Shown: in pieces, positions 1-13,245 of the stretch | Numbering within the stretch: position 1 is the stretch's first letter | Layout of the letters: the number at the start of each line of letters is the position of its first letter | From: Neoechinorhynchus agilis | Lineage: Eukaryota; Animalia; Acanthocephala | Reading direction: 5' to 3' | NCBI GenBank assembly: GCA_051530055.1 | Contig: CM121341.1 | Coordinates: 9,154,784 to 9,218,783, forward strand | Length of the DNA: 64,000 bases | Notes under the pieces: generated by a model | Database searches by the model: none | What the model was told of the DNA's origin: nothing | What the model saw: only the letters and a program-made list of their open reading frames with translations | Translations under genes and position numbers: made by a program

Positions 1-580
1 GACCAGATACGCACAAAATCAATTAATTGAATATGCTTTTGAAAGATTCGTCAAGCAAAAGTTCTTAAATTATGTTAATATGAGTGAAATCAGGAACTAG
101 AGAAGAAAACGCAAAGAAAAAATAGACGTTCTTAAAGAATAAAATGTTCAAAACCTCCACAAATCAACTAATTTTTAGTCGGGATAAATGCGCCTTCCAA
201 ATTTTTCTAACAAGAAAAAAAGTTGTTTTTGCTTATTGTGACCAGATACGCACAAAATCCAATTAATTGAATATGCTTTTGAAAGATTCGTCAAGCAAAA
301 GTTTCTTAAATTATGTTAATATGAGTGAAATCAGGAACTAGAGAAGAAAACGCAAAGAAAAAATTGACGTTTTTAAAGAATAAAATGTTCAAAACCTCCA
401 CAAATCAACTAATTTTTAGTCGGCATAAATGCTTTTAGTCGGCATAAATGCGCCTTCCAAATTTTTCTAACAAGAAAAAAAAGGTCAAGCAAAAGTTTCT
501 TAAATTATGCTAATATGAATGAAATCAGGAACTAGAGAAGAAAACGCAAAGAAAAAATAGACGTTCTTAAAGAATAAAAT
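1..580. repeat. Tandem repeat, ~239-bp unit, about 2.4 copies, probably inside a UNC80 intron
   Basis: gaccagatacgcacaaaatc starts at 1 and again at 240; a partial third copy follows at ~484-580. Confidence 0.9.
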
Positions 581-599
581 GGTCAAAACTTATTATTGG

Positions 600-3500
600 T
601 TATAAAAATGTACTTTGCCGAACCAAATCAAACCTTTCAAATGCGTTTTTCGCCATTTTAAATCTTTTTTGTGTCTTCAACATTGGTCCATAAGCAGTAC
701 ACATGAAAGTGTCATTGAACGTTTCCTTGATATGGTACAACATTAGCCTCATATCTTCGAATATATTCTAAATTTGTGAGTAAAGGATTTCATGTAGTGT
801 GTGTGTAAAGTACGCAAACCGAATTCTCCGGTTTTGTCAGCATATCCTGGCATTTGGCTAGTCGAATGATAAGTGGATCAAAAACAACACTGACAATCAT
901 TGGAACAATTCCATGTGGTTGTTGACTTGGTGATTGGAAAATCGTTGATCTTTGAATCTGGACTACATTTACAAACTTTGTAATGTACGGAATAAGCAAA
1001 GAGCTAGTCGTCACCTGTCCATGGAATGGGTGCAGATTGACAAAATCCGGTCAGGGCATGTACCGTCTCCATTATAAAGTACAATTGACCTTGATTTATG
1101 AATTCCATCAAATATCTGTATCGAAAGTTCAATAGAACATGTAAATGAACAGGTTTAAACTACCGATTAAATTTCGGAGGGCAAATTTCCCTTACACGAA
1201 GAAGAGTCAATCTCACTTTAGATCTTAGATGTTCGCATTCAAGATTTTTTAGCGAACTGCAATAAGAGCAACCAAGTGATCGCATAATTCTAAAACAAAT
1301 GATGTTAGTGCATAAAATTAATTTGATACGTTAAAGATACCTCATACAAGTATCGATCGCGACAAAATAATTCTCTTCGTTCTGACCGGATACGTACTCG
1401 AGCCAAATGGATTCGTCAGACTTCTCTGGATTTTCAGAAAATGTTCCAATCGTAATAAGGACTTCTAAGATGTTTAAAACAACTCCAAACGCTGATGTCG
1501 ATTCCTCTTTGCAAACAACTGCGTGGATTCCTATCAAAATCGGCCCGTATGCGAGAAACCCATCATCCTTGGTAATGTACTCAATCGAACCAGAAGCTCC
1601 GGATGATTCCGTCAAACACCGGTAACTTAAGTTCGAGTCACTTAAACCACTGAATTCCAATCTATGAAACTCGTTGGAATCCCGTGATGTATGCTCCTAG
1701 CGTTTTCATTAAGTCGCCTACGGCTACCTAAATCGGCCAGCAAATTTGTTTTACGATCTCCAGATTTTAAAATTGGTTCGGTTCCGGATATTGTCGATAT
1801 GTTTATACTGTCCAAGAATTGATCAAATCCTTTGCGATGCAAAGTCTACACCGTGGGATTACCATAGATCGTCAAATAGAAAGATCTTATAAAACTTACA
1901 TGTAAAAATCTGCCCGGTCGTAGGCCACCGGGGACGTTCCTTTCATTTGATGCATAACTGTCCCTATTTAGATGCGCCAATTCCAATACATCATCGTCAA
2001 TATATCGCATTTTACTAAACGAAATGGCAATGGGTTACTTTTCGCCTTCTAAAGCCTTTGAATCATCAAATCTTTGAGACCATAGATTGCTTATTCGAAA
2101 CATAAATGTCTAATACAAGTTTTAAGCGTGTAGATTAGATGAGAAGTTATTTAAAAGTCTACCGCTCGTAATCCTAAAATAGAAAACACCCACCTGAGTT
2201 CAAAAAAAAGTAAAATTCGTGTTATACAGACAAAATGTACATTTACAAATTTAAATCATTGATAGTAGATGTTAAAGCAATTTAAGCTAGATGACCTAAT
2301 TTGTCACTTCTTGTGTTACAAGGTCATTATAATGTTTTGAAGATATTAAATTCGATAGTTTTATACTTTTTGTCTAAAGCGAATTGTGATTTATAGAAAA
2401 TTTACTTAAATAATTATTATTCATATGCACAGATCTTGAGGTTTCTTAATCTGGGGTAAAAACAAAAAAACGCGAATTGGGATCAAGGTTAGGATGCCAC
2501 AAAATCTTAATGTTGTCCAGAAGTATTATTTAGAAGTCTTCACTTAGGTAAATGATTATTAAAGACTTTCTACGGACCGCGTCGTGTTCATCATCATCAT
2601 TTTATTAGTTATTCATCTTTTAATAACTAACAAACTCATAATGAACCAAACCAAGGTTCGAAACGTCTTTAATTAAAAAAAATTATTTACCGGGTGAAGA
2701 CTTCTAAACATTTAGTTTGATCATATAACCCGGTACCTCCTCACATATCGAATGGAATTCAATTTGACCATTAATGTGAAGACTAGCAAATTATATTTTT
2801 ATCTGTAAGACAAAAAGCATATTGAATTTCCCAGTAGAAACGGTCGATGAGTTTCTATTCCTTCTGTACCATAACTTTAAGCAGTAAAAGATTTCCTGAG
2901 CACAAGAACGTATTTTAAGTGTCTTTAAAGAAACTACTATTTTTAGATATTTTTACGTTAATGTAAAATTTCTTTTAAATACGTCTCAATGGTGGAATAA
3001 TAACTTAATTAACATTGCTTTCGCCACAAATATCGTATTACTGATTTTCTTTTGTCCAGCTTACCTTATTTTTCTATAGAATGTTATCAACTTGATCCGA
3101 TTATTTAAAAACACTGGAACTCTCAGTAGCTCGTTAGCGTGCATGGCAGGACCAGCGTTATCCTGATCACCGATCGTTACATGACCGCCATGCGTTAGGC
3201 CAGCCAATTGATGATTTGCGGCGATATCACAAAGATTCTTGGGATACGAATTGCTTTTAAGCCGGAAATGCGGTTGCTGCAGTACTTGATCCGCGATCGC
3301 CGATATACGATTTGAAAGATACTCCAGACACCAGACAAAACCTTCTAATTTCCATCCAGGACTAAAAAGAGCTCTTACAACAGCAACGTCCAAAAATGAT
3401 GCTTTCCTTGTGTCTATTGGACAAGATGTTCGATTTCCTTGGACGCCTTTCTTCGTTCTCCTTCTCATTTTAACATGCTCAACTCCTTCGTATTCGTTAA

Positions 3501-4777
3501 TGGTGCTAGAAATATCTTGATGGCTGTCCGTCGCAATGTAGTCGCTAACTGGACGTCCACAAGATTGACAAATCGGTTGATATGGTTGAAGTAGCTGATT
3601 ACACGATGGACAGAATTGACTGTTATCATTTTTATTTGACGAACCACTTAACGCGTCTTCTCCACTGCCACCACAAACAGAACTCATATGAGCCAACGGC
3701 GCTGTAAGGTTTCCGAAATCATCATTGTCGGAATAAGTAGGACCTTGACTTAAAAGACTAAGATGCCCCATTCTTTTCTCAGCTGGTGATTTTCCCGATG
3801 GTGGTATCGGAACTGACAATCGTAGAATGGAGGATCTTTGATCCAGATCACTTGAACTCAATACACTCGAACCGATACATCGTTTGCTTGAAAGTCGCGT
3901 TACGTTCCGTATAGCGTCAATCATTTGACTAGGATCCGATGGCTTTACTGGGCGTGAAAATGCAATTGCATGAACAGGTTGATTATGAAGCCACAAATGT
4001 TTCCATAAACGCAAGGCTGGTTTTAGTCTCAAGTCTTCAAAGTCGTTTTCATCAAGCAAATGTATAAGTGGTGCAAATAAATAAACAAACAATTGAATTG
4101 ATCCGATGGAGTGGGACATGAGTTGATGATCTTCATTAAACGTTGATGCATCGTATTCCTGGTTGTTAAAACATTCGCTTGCGGCATCCAGCAATATCCA
4201 GTGGAGAGCATAGAGGAGTTTTACTTCGGATTTATCGAACGTTGATCGATGTGGAGAAACTATTACTACTGGAACGTTTGGTTGACTTGAAGAAGATGAT
4301 CCACTACTTTGAGCAGGTCTTGTACCGAGATTCGATACATTTGTAGATCCCTTCTGCCGTTGTGCCTTTGATCCTTTTGTAGTAGTTTCGCATGTTGACT
4401 CCGGCACCATTTGTGGTGTCAGTTTATGGCGTTCAATTATTGCGGCACATGAGTGCATTATGTGAGGAAGGCTGGCTCGTAGAAACGACCATCGAGGTAT
4501 TGCTTCGATTGCATCCGACAGGGAAGGTGATAGTCCATGTAGAATGTTTTGGACGATCACTCTTTCCACACTCTATATATTAAATTTTTAGTTTCTCACA
4601 AACAAGTGTGATAAATTTGTATTCTATGAGGATTTTCGTTAGAACAATTGCGCTTTTTAGTGTGAATTTCGGTAGAGTGCTAAACTTTCTATTGCTCAAT
4701 ATCCGAATTTCTAATCTTAATCCTAAAGATTGTACCATTAGATTTTTTTGTGATAGAATGCTCGTTTGATTCTTCAT
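600..4777 (-). CDS. UNC80: UNC80 (NALCN channel complex subunit), 5' multi-exon part; the rest lies beyond the window start
   Basis: Exon 3061-4569 reads ERVIVQNILHGLSPSLSDAIEAIPRWSFLRASLPHIMHSC and KLLYALHWILLDAASEC, like the UNC80 N-terminus. Downstream exons in the expected order: ILIGIHAVVCKEESTSAFGVVLNILEVLI (1331-1660), IMRSLGCSYC (~1150-1290), FIMETVHALTGFC (~1020-1110). The start exon is approximate. Confidence 0.9.
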
Positions 4778-7119
4778 TTGTTATTTCTAATCTTTTCATT
4801 ATAAGACTGTGGATGAATTTTAACGATGGAGACGTTAAGTGTTAAATCAACGCCTATTATTACGATGAAAAAATCCTTCGAAAAGTCGCACTATTGTTAA
4901 ACTAAGTGCCTAAAAATAAACTCAAATGTATTTTACAGTGACCACAAGAATATTCGTATTGTTTTTCAGTGGATTTTCTAGTTTGCTGATTTAGAACATC
5001 TCAGCATCAAAATTCAGTTGCACGACGGCTACGATGTTCGAAACCAGTCACTGATTCAGATACAACCATCCTCATTATGTTCGCTAGAGCTGCAAAATAA
5101 CACCGCTGGTTAAGTTTTATGGATTCTGTTAGTGATCCCAATGGAGCACTGGATACGAAAATGCGGCATTGACTTTCATGCACCATTTTTATAGTAGGCA
5201 TGCGGAAAATCAGGCATAGGTACTTTTCCACTTGTCCAAGTGACACAACAACGATTTCAAAACTTACAAATGCCGAAGACTCGATTGATCGATCGTAATT
5301 TCGAGTAATAAATGGGCTTAAAAGTACAGATTATTCAAAAAACCCACTTAAGAGTCACTTGCCTGCTTTGTCTCCATAAAAATATTTGAATTGGGATAGG
5401 AACTGAGTTATACTGTTGACCGTGTTGTTTTTTGTTTCCGCTTTTATTCATAGTCATTTCATCTGTCTTACAATTGTCTCAGTTTTTCTGGATAAAATCT
5501 AAACTTTTGTATTATTAGACAAAATTTCACGACTGAATGTGTTTTGTTTGCCACCCTCAGAGTGTTAGGTTTACACGACGGATTATGGTTGCGGGCGGAG
5601 CTAACGATATTATGGGAGAACAAGGCAACATTGGCATGAGTCCGTAAACAATATGTATCGATTATAGACTGATTTGGCAGATATCAAGATACGGATCAAA
5701 CTAATGATATCGAGATTGTTGCTGGTGTGCATCGGAGTTTCATTGTTAAGGCATCCGTCTTGTATGCGCTAAAGCACATCAGTTTTAATGTTTTTGATGA
5801 TGATGGCAGTGCAGAAGGGTGGAATCGTTGTTAACATCGTTGTTGAGAGACTCCGGTACTTTATCGATTTATGTGCATGCTTTTTCCCACTAAAACACTA
5901 GTTTGACTCCGTCGCTTTATATAGCGGTGCCGCTCGTGCTCAACTCCTCTTGTGGCTTAATTTCTGGACGCAATTCATTGGGCAGAACAAGTGCTTGTCG
6001 TTAGACAAAATGAATGGCGATAGAAAAATAAACAATTTTTTATTGTCAACAAGGGAGAAACCATGTCAAAATTCGGCGCATCCGCTCAAAACACGTTCGA
6101 AAATGAGTCTTGTAGAATAAAGATTAACGACATTACAACGAAGCGCTCATTTTGCGACTTTTTTAAATTTATTCGGATTTTTTTGGCATGTTTGCCTTAT
6201 AGAAGTACTTTACTCATCTATTAGATTTTTTTGCTCATAATCTATCATACAAATACCATGGATTATACCCTATTAACAACAATAAAAAATGATTTTTAAT
6301 TAGTAAGATTTAACTGATGCATTTCGCTTTTTTTCTAAAAGTATCTTTTTATTCATGGAATAATTAATAGTTTCAAGAAAACAAAAAGGTTCTACCATTT
6401 TATGTCGTTACATATAAAAATGCAATTAAATGAGATAGAATTTTTGCTAGTGTCAACAATCTGCAACTTTTTTATGTGATAAGCGGAATATTTTTATCAA
6501 TTAAAAAGATTTAAAAACATTTTCAGCTTGGTCAAGCAATTTAGCTCTACTTCCTAAATTTTTTGAATGAAACAAACGTTTCCGCCCATTTCTCACGCCT
6601 AAATGACATCAGCACTGCACATCTATTGCAAAATGAGTGCAGAATCCACTTCAAATGGAAATTAAATTTGTTACAGGCAGTTTGGCAGTACTTTTCTGGC
6701 TGAGTTGAAGTCACCGGTGACAAACTGTGATCAACGTAGGAAAGGTCGACAGTTAACTATAAACCAATTCGGCCTATAGAAACCGAGCAAGGTAAAACGG
6801 GAATTGCTCCATAGCTTCAAATACAATCGATTGTGATTTATAATTGCGTCCAAATTTAATTTCTGTCCAGTTAAGGTTTTAATTTTTATTCCAACATCCA
6901 GATTTATAATTGAGTTTTAATTCAATTTGTCTAAGAGTAAATTCCAATATTTTTATGAAATCATTCCAGTTTTGATTTATTAGACTAAAATAACAAAAAT
7001 TGTTTTTGTGAATTTAAGTTTATTGTGCTGCCCAATAAAATACAGAAAGGTTCAAATTAAATCTATGCTAGCGATTCACGTGAAAATTTCACTTTTAAAG
7101 ATGAATTCGTACGTAATAT

Positions 7120-8450
7120 TTTCATAATTATACTTTTTTGGTGAAAATAATCAACCATTCATCACATTTTTTGATTACTTTCATCAAAAAGTATACTTTA
7201 ACCCTAAGGATTTTCTCTGACGATTAAAATCCAGAAAGTATACTTTTTTGGTGAAAAAAATCAACCATTCATCAGATATTTGATTTATTGGAGAAATATT
7301 TCGAACGAAGTAACCTCACATCCTCAGTCATTGTTTTCGAATAGAAATTCGAGTACACCAAAAGTATACTTTAACCCTAAGGATTTTCTCTGACGATTAA
7401 ATTCCAGAAAGTATACTTTTGGTGAAAATAATCAACCATTCATCACATATTTGATTATTTTCACCAAAAGTATATTTTAACCCTAAGGATTTTCTCTGAC
7501 GATTAAATTCCAGAAAGTATACTTTTTGGTGAAAATAATCAACCATTCATCACATTTTTTGATTATTTTCACCAAATAGTGTACTTTAACCCTGAGGATT
7601 TTCTCTGACGATGAAAATCAAGAAAGTATACTTTTTTGGTGAAAAAAATCAACCATTCATCACATATTTGATTATTTTCACCAAAAAAGTATATTTTTAT
7701 TAACCCTAAGGATTTTCTCTGACGATTAAATTCCAGAAAGTATACTTTTTTGATGAAAATAATCAACCATTCATCAGATATTTGATTTATTGGAGAAATA
7801 TTTCGAACGAAGTAACCTCACATCCTCAGTCATTGTTTTCGAATAGAAATTCGAGTACACCAAAAGTATACTTTAACCCTAAGGATTTTCTCTGACGATT
7901 AAATTCCAGAAAGTATACTTTTTGGTGAAAATAATCAACCATTCATCACATATTTGATTATTTTCACCAAAAAAGTATATTTTTATTAACCCTAAGGATT
8001 TTCTCTGACGATTAAATTCCAGAAAGTATACTTTTTTGGTGAAAATAAACAACCACTCATCACATATTTGATTTATTGAGGAAATATTTCGAACGAAGGA
8101 ACCTCACATCCTCAGTCATTGTTTTCGAATAGAAATTCGAGTACACTAAAAGTATACTTTAACCCTAAGGATTTTCTCTGACGATTAAATTCCAGAAAGT
8201 ATACTTTTTTGATGAAAATAATCAACCATTCATCACATATTAGTGTACTTTTTGATGAAAATAATCAACCATTCATCACATAGTTGATTTATTGAGGAAA
8301 TATTTCGAACGAAGTAACCTCACATCCTCAGCCATTGATTGTAAGTTAGGAAGCGAGGTTACTTTGTTCGAAATATTTCCCTAATAAATCAAATATGTGA
8401 TGAGTGGTTGATTATTTCACCAAAAAAGTATACTTTGATTAACCCGAGAG
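7120..8450. repeat. Mosaic tandem repeat of short modules ending in an inverted copy
   Basis: Recurrent modules aagtatacttttttggtgaaaataatcaaccattcatcac, taaccctaaggattttctctgacgattaaattccag and cgaacgaagtaacctcacatcctcag; ~8350-8440 is the reverse complement of the preceding module; another piece lies at ~19335-19390. Confidence 0.9.
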
Positions 8451-8559
8451 ATTTTCTCTGTCGATGATTATCATAATTGGCAATTTATGAAATGTTCATA
8501 CTTTTAAGTAACAGTAAAAATCATGGATAACCGACTAGCCAGACTCAATAGATAGAATA

Positions 8560-8850
8560 TAGTTTGTTGTACATTCCGTGGTTGTATCGAAGTTTGTCTC
8601 GGAAACTCGAGCCCGGATCCGCGTTTAAGGGAGGTCAAGAGGTTTAGAATCCACGATCGCTGATGACCTATAAAGAAAGGGAAATACTTCGTTGAAGAGA
8701 GGAAATTCATTGACGAGTCCCGCCTCGATCCGAAGGGATTTTAAAACCTGATAACCGTTTACATCCGAGTCTAAGTGATTCAATCACTTTTTTGATCCAA
8801 TATATCGATTGACTGTATGCCTAAAGGAGAAAGCGGAGTAAGGGATGTTA
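8560..8850 (+). mobile_element. Degenerate copy (E) of the tRNA-headed hammerhead-motif SINE-like family
   Basis: agtttg..gtacattccg head, then cgctgatgacc..aagggaaatacttcgttgaagagaggaaattcattgacgagtcccgcctc and tail aagtgattcaatcactt..tatgcctaaa, collinear with the copies at 22.1-22.6, 23.6-23.8 and 42.7-43.0 kb. Confidence 0.7.
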
Positions 8851-9276
8851 GAACGCTAAATATAACCGGTTTGTCAGATGACATTCATCTATTTTTTTTT
8901 GCTTATAATAAAATATTTAAATCGATCCAACAATTTGCACCTTCAAATGCATATTTTTCCCGTTTAGCAAGCTTTAAAATTGAAAACGCAAACAATAGTC
9001 TAGCTCACATAATTCTGTCTTCAATAATGAGCACCTGATTACATACAGGGAACAATCAGCTCAGTCTTCCTTTACTCTACGGGAAATAATAACTATTGTT
9101 GAAAACTCTGTGCGTGAAAGGGAGAAGTGTTTACAGATCCCGTTTCGTGGACTAGTCAGGTAGCCATTATATAAATAGTGGTTGTATGTGGCAGGTATCA
9201 TTGTCATCTTCGATCTCTTTCGTTGCTTTCAGTATACTTCCTCGAATCCTACTCATTACAACAGACTTCTTTTTTG

Positions 9277-10254
9277 ATGCAAACTTCCACGGATCTAGTC
9301 CAACCAGAGATCCCGCATGGAACCCGTGTACTAGAACATCAAGTGGCTGGACACTTCTTTGGAGCTTCAAAAACCTTATTCGGAGCTCTTCAGGACACGA
9401 ATGGACGAATAGTTCTAAAATCATTAAATGCATCCCCTAACGCACCCAAAGAACACTTCTTCTATGAACAACTAATGCTCAAAAAAATGACCCATCGTGA
9501 TTATGACCAACTTCTTAGTCTTACGCCAAGATATCTCGGCCTATTTCAACCTAAAAATCAATCAGGCATTCAATATCTTAAATTGGAAAACCTCTGCAAC
9601 GGTTTTCGGAAACCTTGTATTAAAGACGTAAAGATTGGACGACTCACATTTGATCTTGATGCAGACGAAAAGAAAATGAGGAGAGAAATCGAGAAATGTC
9701 CTTTAGCTTTACAAATTGGGTTCCAATTTGTAGGTATGAAGGTTTTCACTCAGGAAACTTATGTGTACCATGAGCGGCGGTGTTGCAGGGCAATGACTAT
9801 TGACCAAATCGTTCATGGAATGGCTTACTTTTATCAGTCGCATTTAAATCGACTGGGGGGGGGCTGCGGGGTATCTTGAACATTAAACCAGTGTCGATTG
9901 GTGAATGCTGACAGAGCCAGGAAATTTATAGAAAGGATAACCGAAAACGTACGAGAAATTGAAGATTTCGTCCAGTCACAGCGATCGTTCAAAATGTTCG
10001 GTGTTTCAATGCTTATTATATATGAAGGTTTTGAATTCGCGAACGATAATATGGTGCCAATGGTTAGAGTAAGACTCATAGATTTCGCTCATGTATACAT
10101 TGGAGAGCACGATGCGGTAGATAACAACTTTCTAATCGGAATCGTAAATTACCGATTGTATTTGGAAACTCTTAGTTCAGTTAGATATGTGTATGAAACC
10201 TCAGGTCATTTGCAAGAATGTGAGAAAAACGCTCTTGATTGTTATAAAAAGTAA
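9277..10254 (+). CDS. IPMK: Inositol polyphosphate multikinase (IPK family), with a predicted 21-nt intron at 9871-9891
   Basis: HQVAGH, PCIKDVKIG (PxxxDxKxG), SMLIIYEG and IDFAH motifs. The two ORFs are in the same frame, separated by one TGA inside gtatct...aaccag. First in-frame ATG is at 9277. Confidence 0.85.
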
Positions 10255-10261
10255 ATACTTT

Positions 10262-11520
10262 CTAATCGATGCATAGTTTCTCGAGTCCGTAGTGACCACA
10301 GCCTTCCAGGACGTTCTTCACTCTCGTAATGATCTTGGCTATCTCGTGTAGTTCATTGCCCTAAATTCAAACGGAAGCAGGAACCTTTTTGGATAAAGTT
10401 GAGTAACAAAAAAAAGTTCACCTGATGGGTTACGAATTCATCGAGAAATATTGTGAGATGCCGATCGCTTTCTTCATCAGCTTTTTCGGCAATCGCCATA
10501 CGTGGTTCTTTTGTTTTGCCGGACCGGATTTTCCGGTTTTCGAGAAAAAAAAGTGTGGATATATTTTAAACAAGTTTTTTAATGGATTTATTGTGTTTTG
10601 TGATCTATGGAGATTGATTTATTATTTCCCTTTAACAACAATTTACCGGACGGAATATTGTGTGAAAGGAAATTAATAACCCAATCTTTATTTTACCAAA
10701 AAATATATATTAAAACGGATAAAAATATACTTAAAAGTATCACGCGGGTTTTAGAAGGTAATTTTCTCAAAATTTCTTTTTTTTCGAACCTGAAACACAA
10801 TTTGGGGAAGTTATTTGCTTTTGTTCAACCACGTAATTGCAGCACCTCAAATAATTATATATCTGATATCGATTAGTATTGCGATATTCGAAAAACAACA
10901 AACGAAAACCAATTCACATTTTGAATGTAACCCAAAAAAAGATCATAATCAATCTGCCACCATAAACGGTCCCTTATTTTCGACTTGTAATTGGATGAAA
11001 TTCAATTTTGATGAAATTATTGGACCCAAAAAGTTTTCGGACAGGATTACCAAACATCATGGCAACAATCGTTGATAAAGCAATGGCGTTTTAAACCTCA
11101 TTCTATCGATCTGATCCATGTTCAATACAAACGAACCCTTAATCATTTTCGTTACATCTTCTTCCAATTGATACGCGATTTCAAACAAATGCACTATTCC
11201 TTTAAATTCATTGTACTTTACTAGATTTGGAATTGGTTTCGGTTCAAAATGACCATTCCTTAGCACCATATAATCAATAAACTTTCTGGCGTGACGGATC
11301 TCTTCGTCTGATTCTTTGCGGAAATGTTCTGCGAAATTTTTGAGTGCCACATCATATCGCAAACAATAAAGAGCCTTTGATAAGCGTTTTTAAATTTGAA
11401 AGTAATCATCGAGATGCTTACCATTTGCTCATAAGCGTAAGATGCTGCGAATTCGGCTGTGATTTGATCGTTGATGAGATCTTGGCATGCTTTACTAAGC
11501 GGAAGGCCACTCTTTGTCAT
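10262..11520 (-). CDS. Cytosolic ferritin, paralog 1 (4 exons: 11520-11422, 11374-11137, 10507-10422, 10360-10262)
   Basis: Spliced reading LINDQITAEFAASYAYEQM|ALYCLRYDVALKNFAEHFRKESDEEIRHARKF...AYQLEEDV...|DRHLTIFLDEFVTHQ|GNELHEIAKIITRVKNV with GT-AG introns. Residues equivalent to H-ferritin ferroxidase E27, Y34, E62, H65, E107 and Q141 are present. The exon 2/3 boundary is approximate. Confidence 0.88.
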
Positions 11521-13245
11521 CTCAAGAAGTATTTCTATTTTTCAAAGAGGAAGTAGTAAAAATGAAAAATATATACACGGTTGGTGTTAGTCACTCAAAG
11601 AAGCAATAGAATCTTTTTGGCGCATTTTCGCCTTTTTTTTCAAAGCAAAGTAGTCAAAATGTCACAATATTGGTCGGCGAACACAATGGATCGAAAAACC
11701 AAGCACTCACTCATGAATCAGTAAATGTAATTTCGTATTTCAAAGAAAACGCGTAGTTTCTTAAGCTCAAATATGGAATTAGATTCATCATTTATTCTAA
11801 GCGTTTTGTCAAATATTAAAAGACTTCCTATGCTGTACTTGTGTATTGCTGCTAACACTTGAATTTATTTATAGCTGCTAGTTCCGATCGTCTAAGATAA
11901 CATATTTTATGCGCGAATTCCACTATCACAACAACCAGTAATTATTCCACACAAAAAGCTTAGGAAAATAAAGGCGCCATGTCATGTGGGTATTTTGTTT
12001 AGATTTAACAATGGATTTAAAATAAATTTAATTCTGAACATAAGTGTTAAAAGATGCTAGAGACACCTTAAATAACTAAAAAAACTATTGATGGACTCGG
12101 CGAAGTTCGAAGAGGACGTCTTTAATAAACTCTTTACGGTGGGTAAATTATATAATCCGGTATCTTGTCATAAATCGACAATAATTCTAAACTATTAAAT
12201 TGTATCAAAAGAAAGATCGCTCCATTCACAAAATTTGTCCTTTTTTCGTGAGTCCTTTCTAGGATCTTAAATGAAACAATGATTCGCTAAGAACGCACAT
12301 TAAAAACGAAGAAAAATTGTTACGCCCAGATGCACAAATAGCTTTTTGTTACAAATGCCTCCCAACCACTCGAAAATGAGTTTCTGCGAACCGCCTGCTC
12401 TATGGAGTCGCATAAAACTCTTGTTAAAAAGAGTTCTGCTTAAGGGTAAGCTAAAATGCTAATTGTTATGCATTTTAAGCCTATAAATTTCAAACATTGC
12501 ACAATTATTTACTATTAAAATCCCGATCCAAACTTTTTCCTTTAGTCTTCATAGCTTAGATTTTAAAGTTAAAGATCAATGTTAAGCTCCTGTGCAACTA
12601 TTACCTATATTAGAAACTTCAAATGAGATCAGCGGATTTCTACTCGTTGAAATTACGAAAATCAACGCTTATTTAAACAAAAGTGCCAAAAATTGTACGA
12701 ACTTTCATAGGTTATTATGTGTAAAGGATACTTACTAAATGCATGGAGATTCAAGAAATATGCAGTGAAAAAAGGTATGGAATAATAAATTGACAAGGGC
12801 GATTTTATTGTAAAGAAAAATCCAAAAAGTACATCCTGAATTTATTTCTTTTATCAAGAATATTTATTAATGGCGACAAAAATTATGTAAATTTATTGAA
12901 TCGATATTTCGGCTAAATCCAGAGCCTTTATCATGATTGCTTTCGGAGGAAAATACAAGAATGCTTTGTATTTTCCTCCGAAAACAATATTGATAAAGGC
13001 TATGGATTGAGCCGAAATATCGACTCCATAAATTTACATAATTTTTGTCGCCACTACACGACAATCATGAGCAGTTTCATTTTTCAGGAATATTTGCTAA
13101 GTTAAACAAATGCTTTTCGAAGTCAGATTATTTATAAGATCCCTTAAATGCTACGAACAAATTTAAAAGTGATTATTTTGATGCACATTCATTCTCTAAA
13201 ATCACGTTGTTTACTGTTATCAATTAAAAACATTTCATTGTAAAA

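Noticed and set aside
7260-7780. CUGAUGA on the minus strand of the 7.1-8.4 kb repeat as a hammerhead
   Set aside because: The following hairpin ends in AAAA rather than GAAA, and no stem I/III partners were found.
10595-10660. Shared peptide FCDLWRLIYYFPLTTIY at 10.6 and 19.7 kb
   Set aside because: It reflects a ~70-bp dispersed repeat (one copy in a ferritin intron), not a gene family.
11057-11136. Ferritin C-termini as given by the ORF track (GSFVLNM..., GNFCISRL)
   Set aside because: These are intron read-through; the true exons 3 and 4 lie further downstream in both paralogs.
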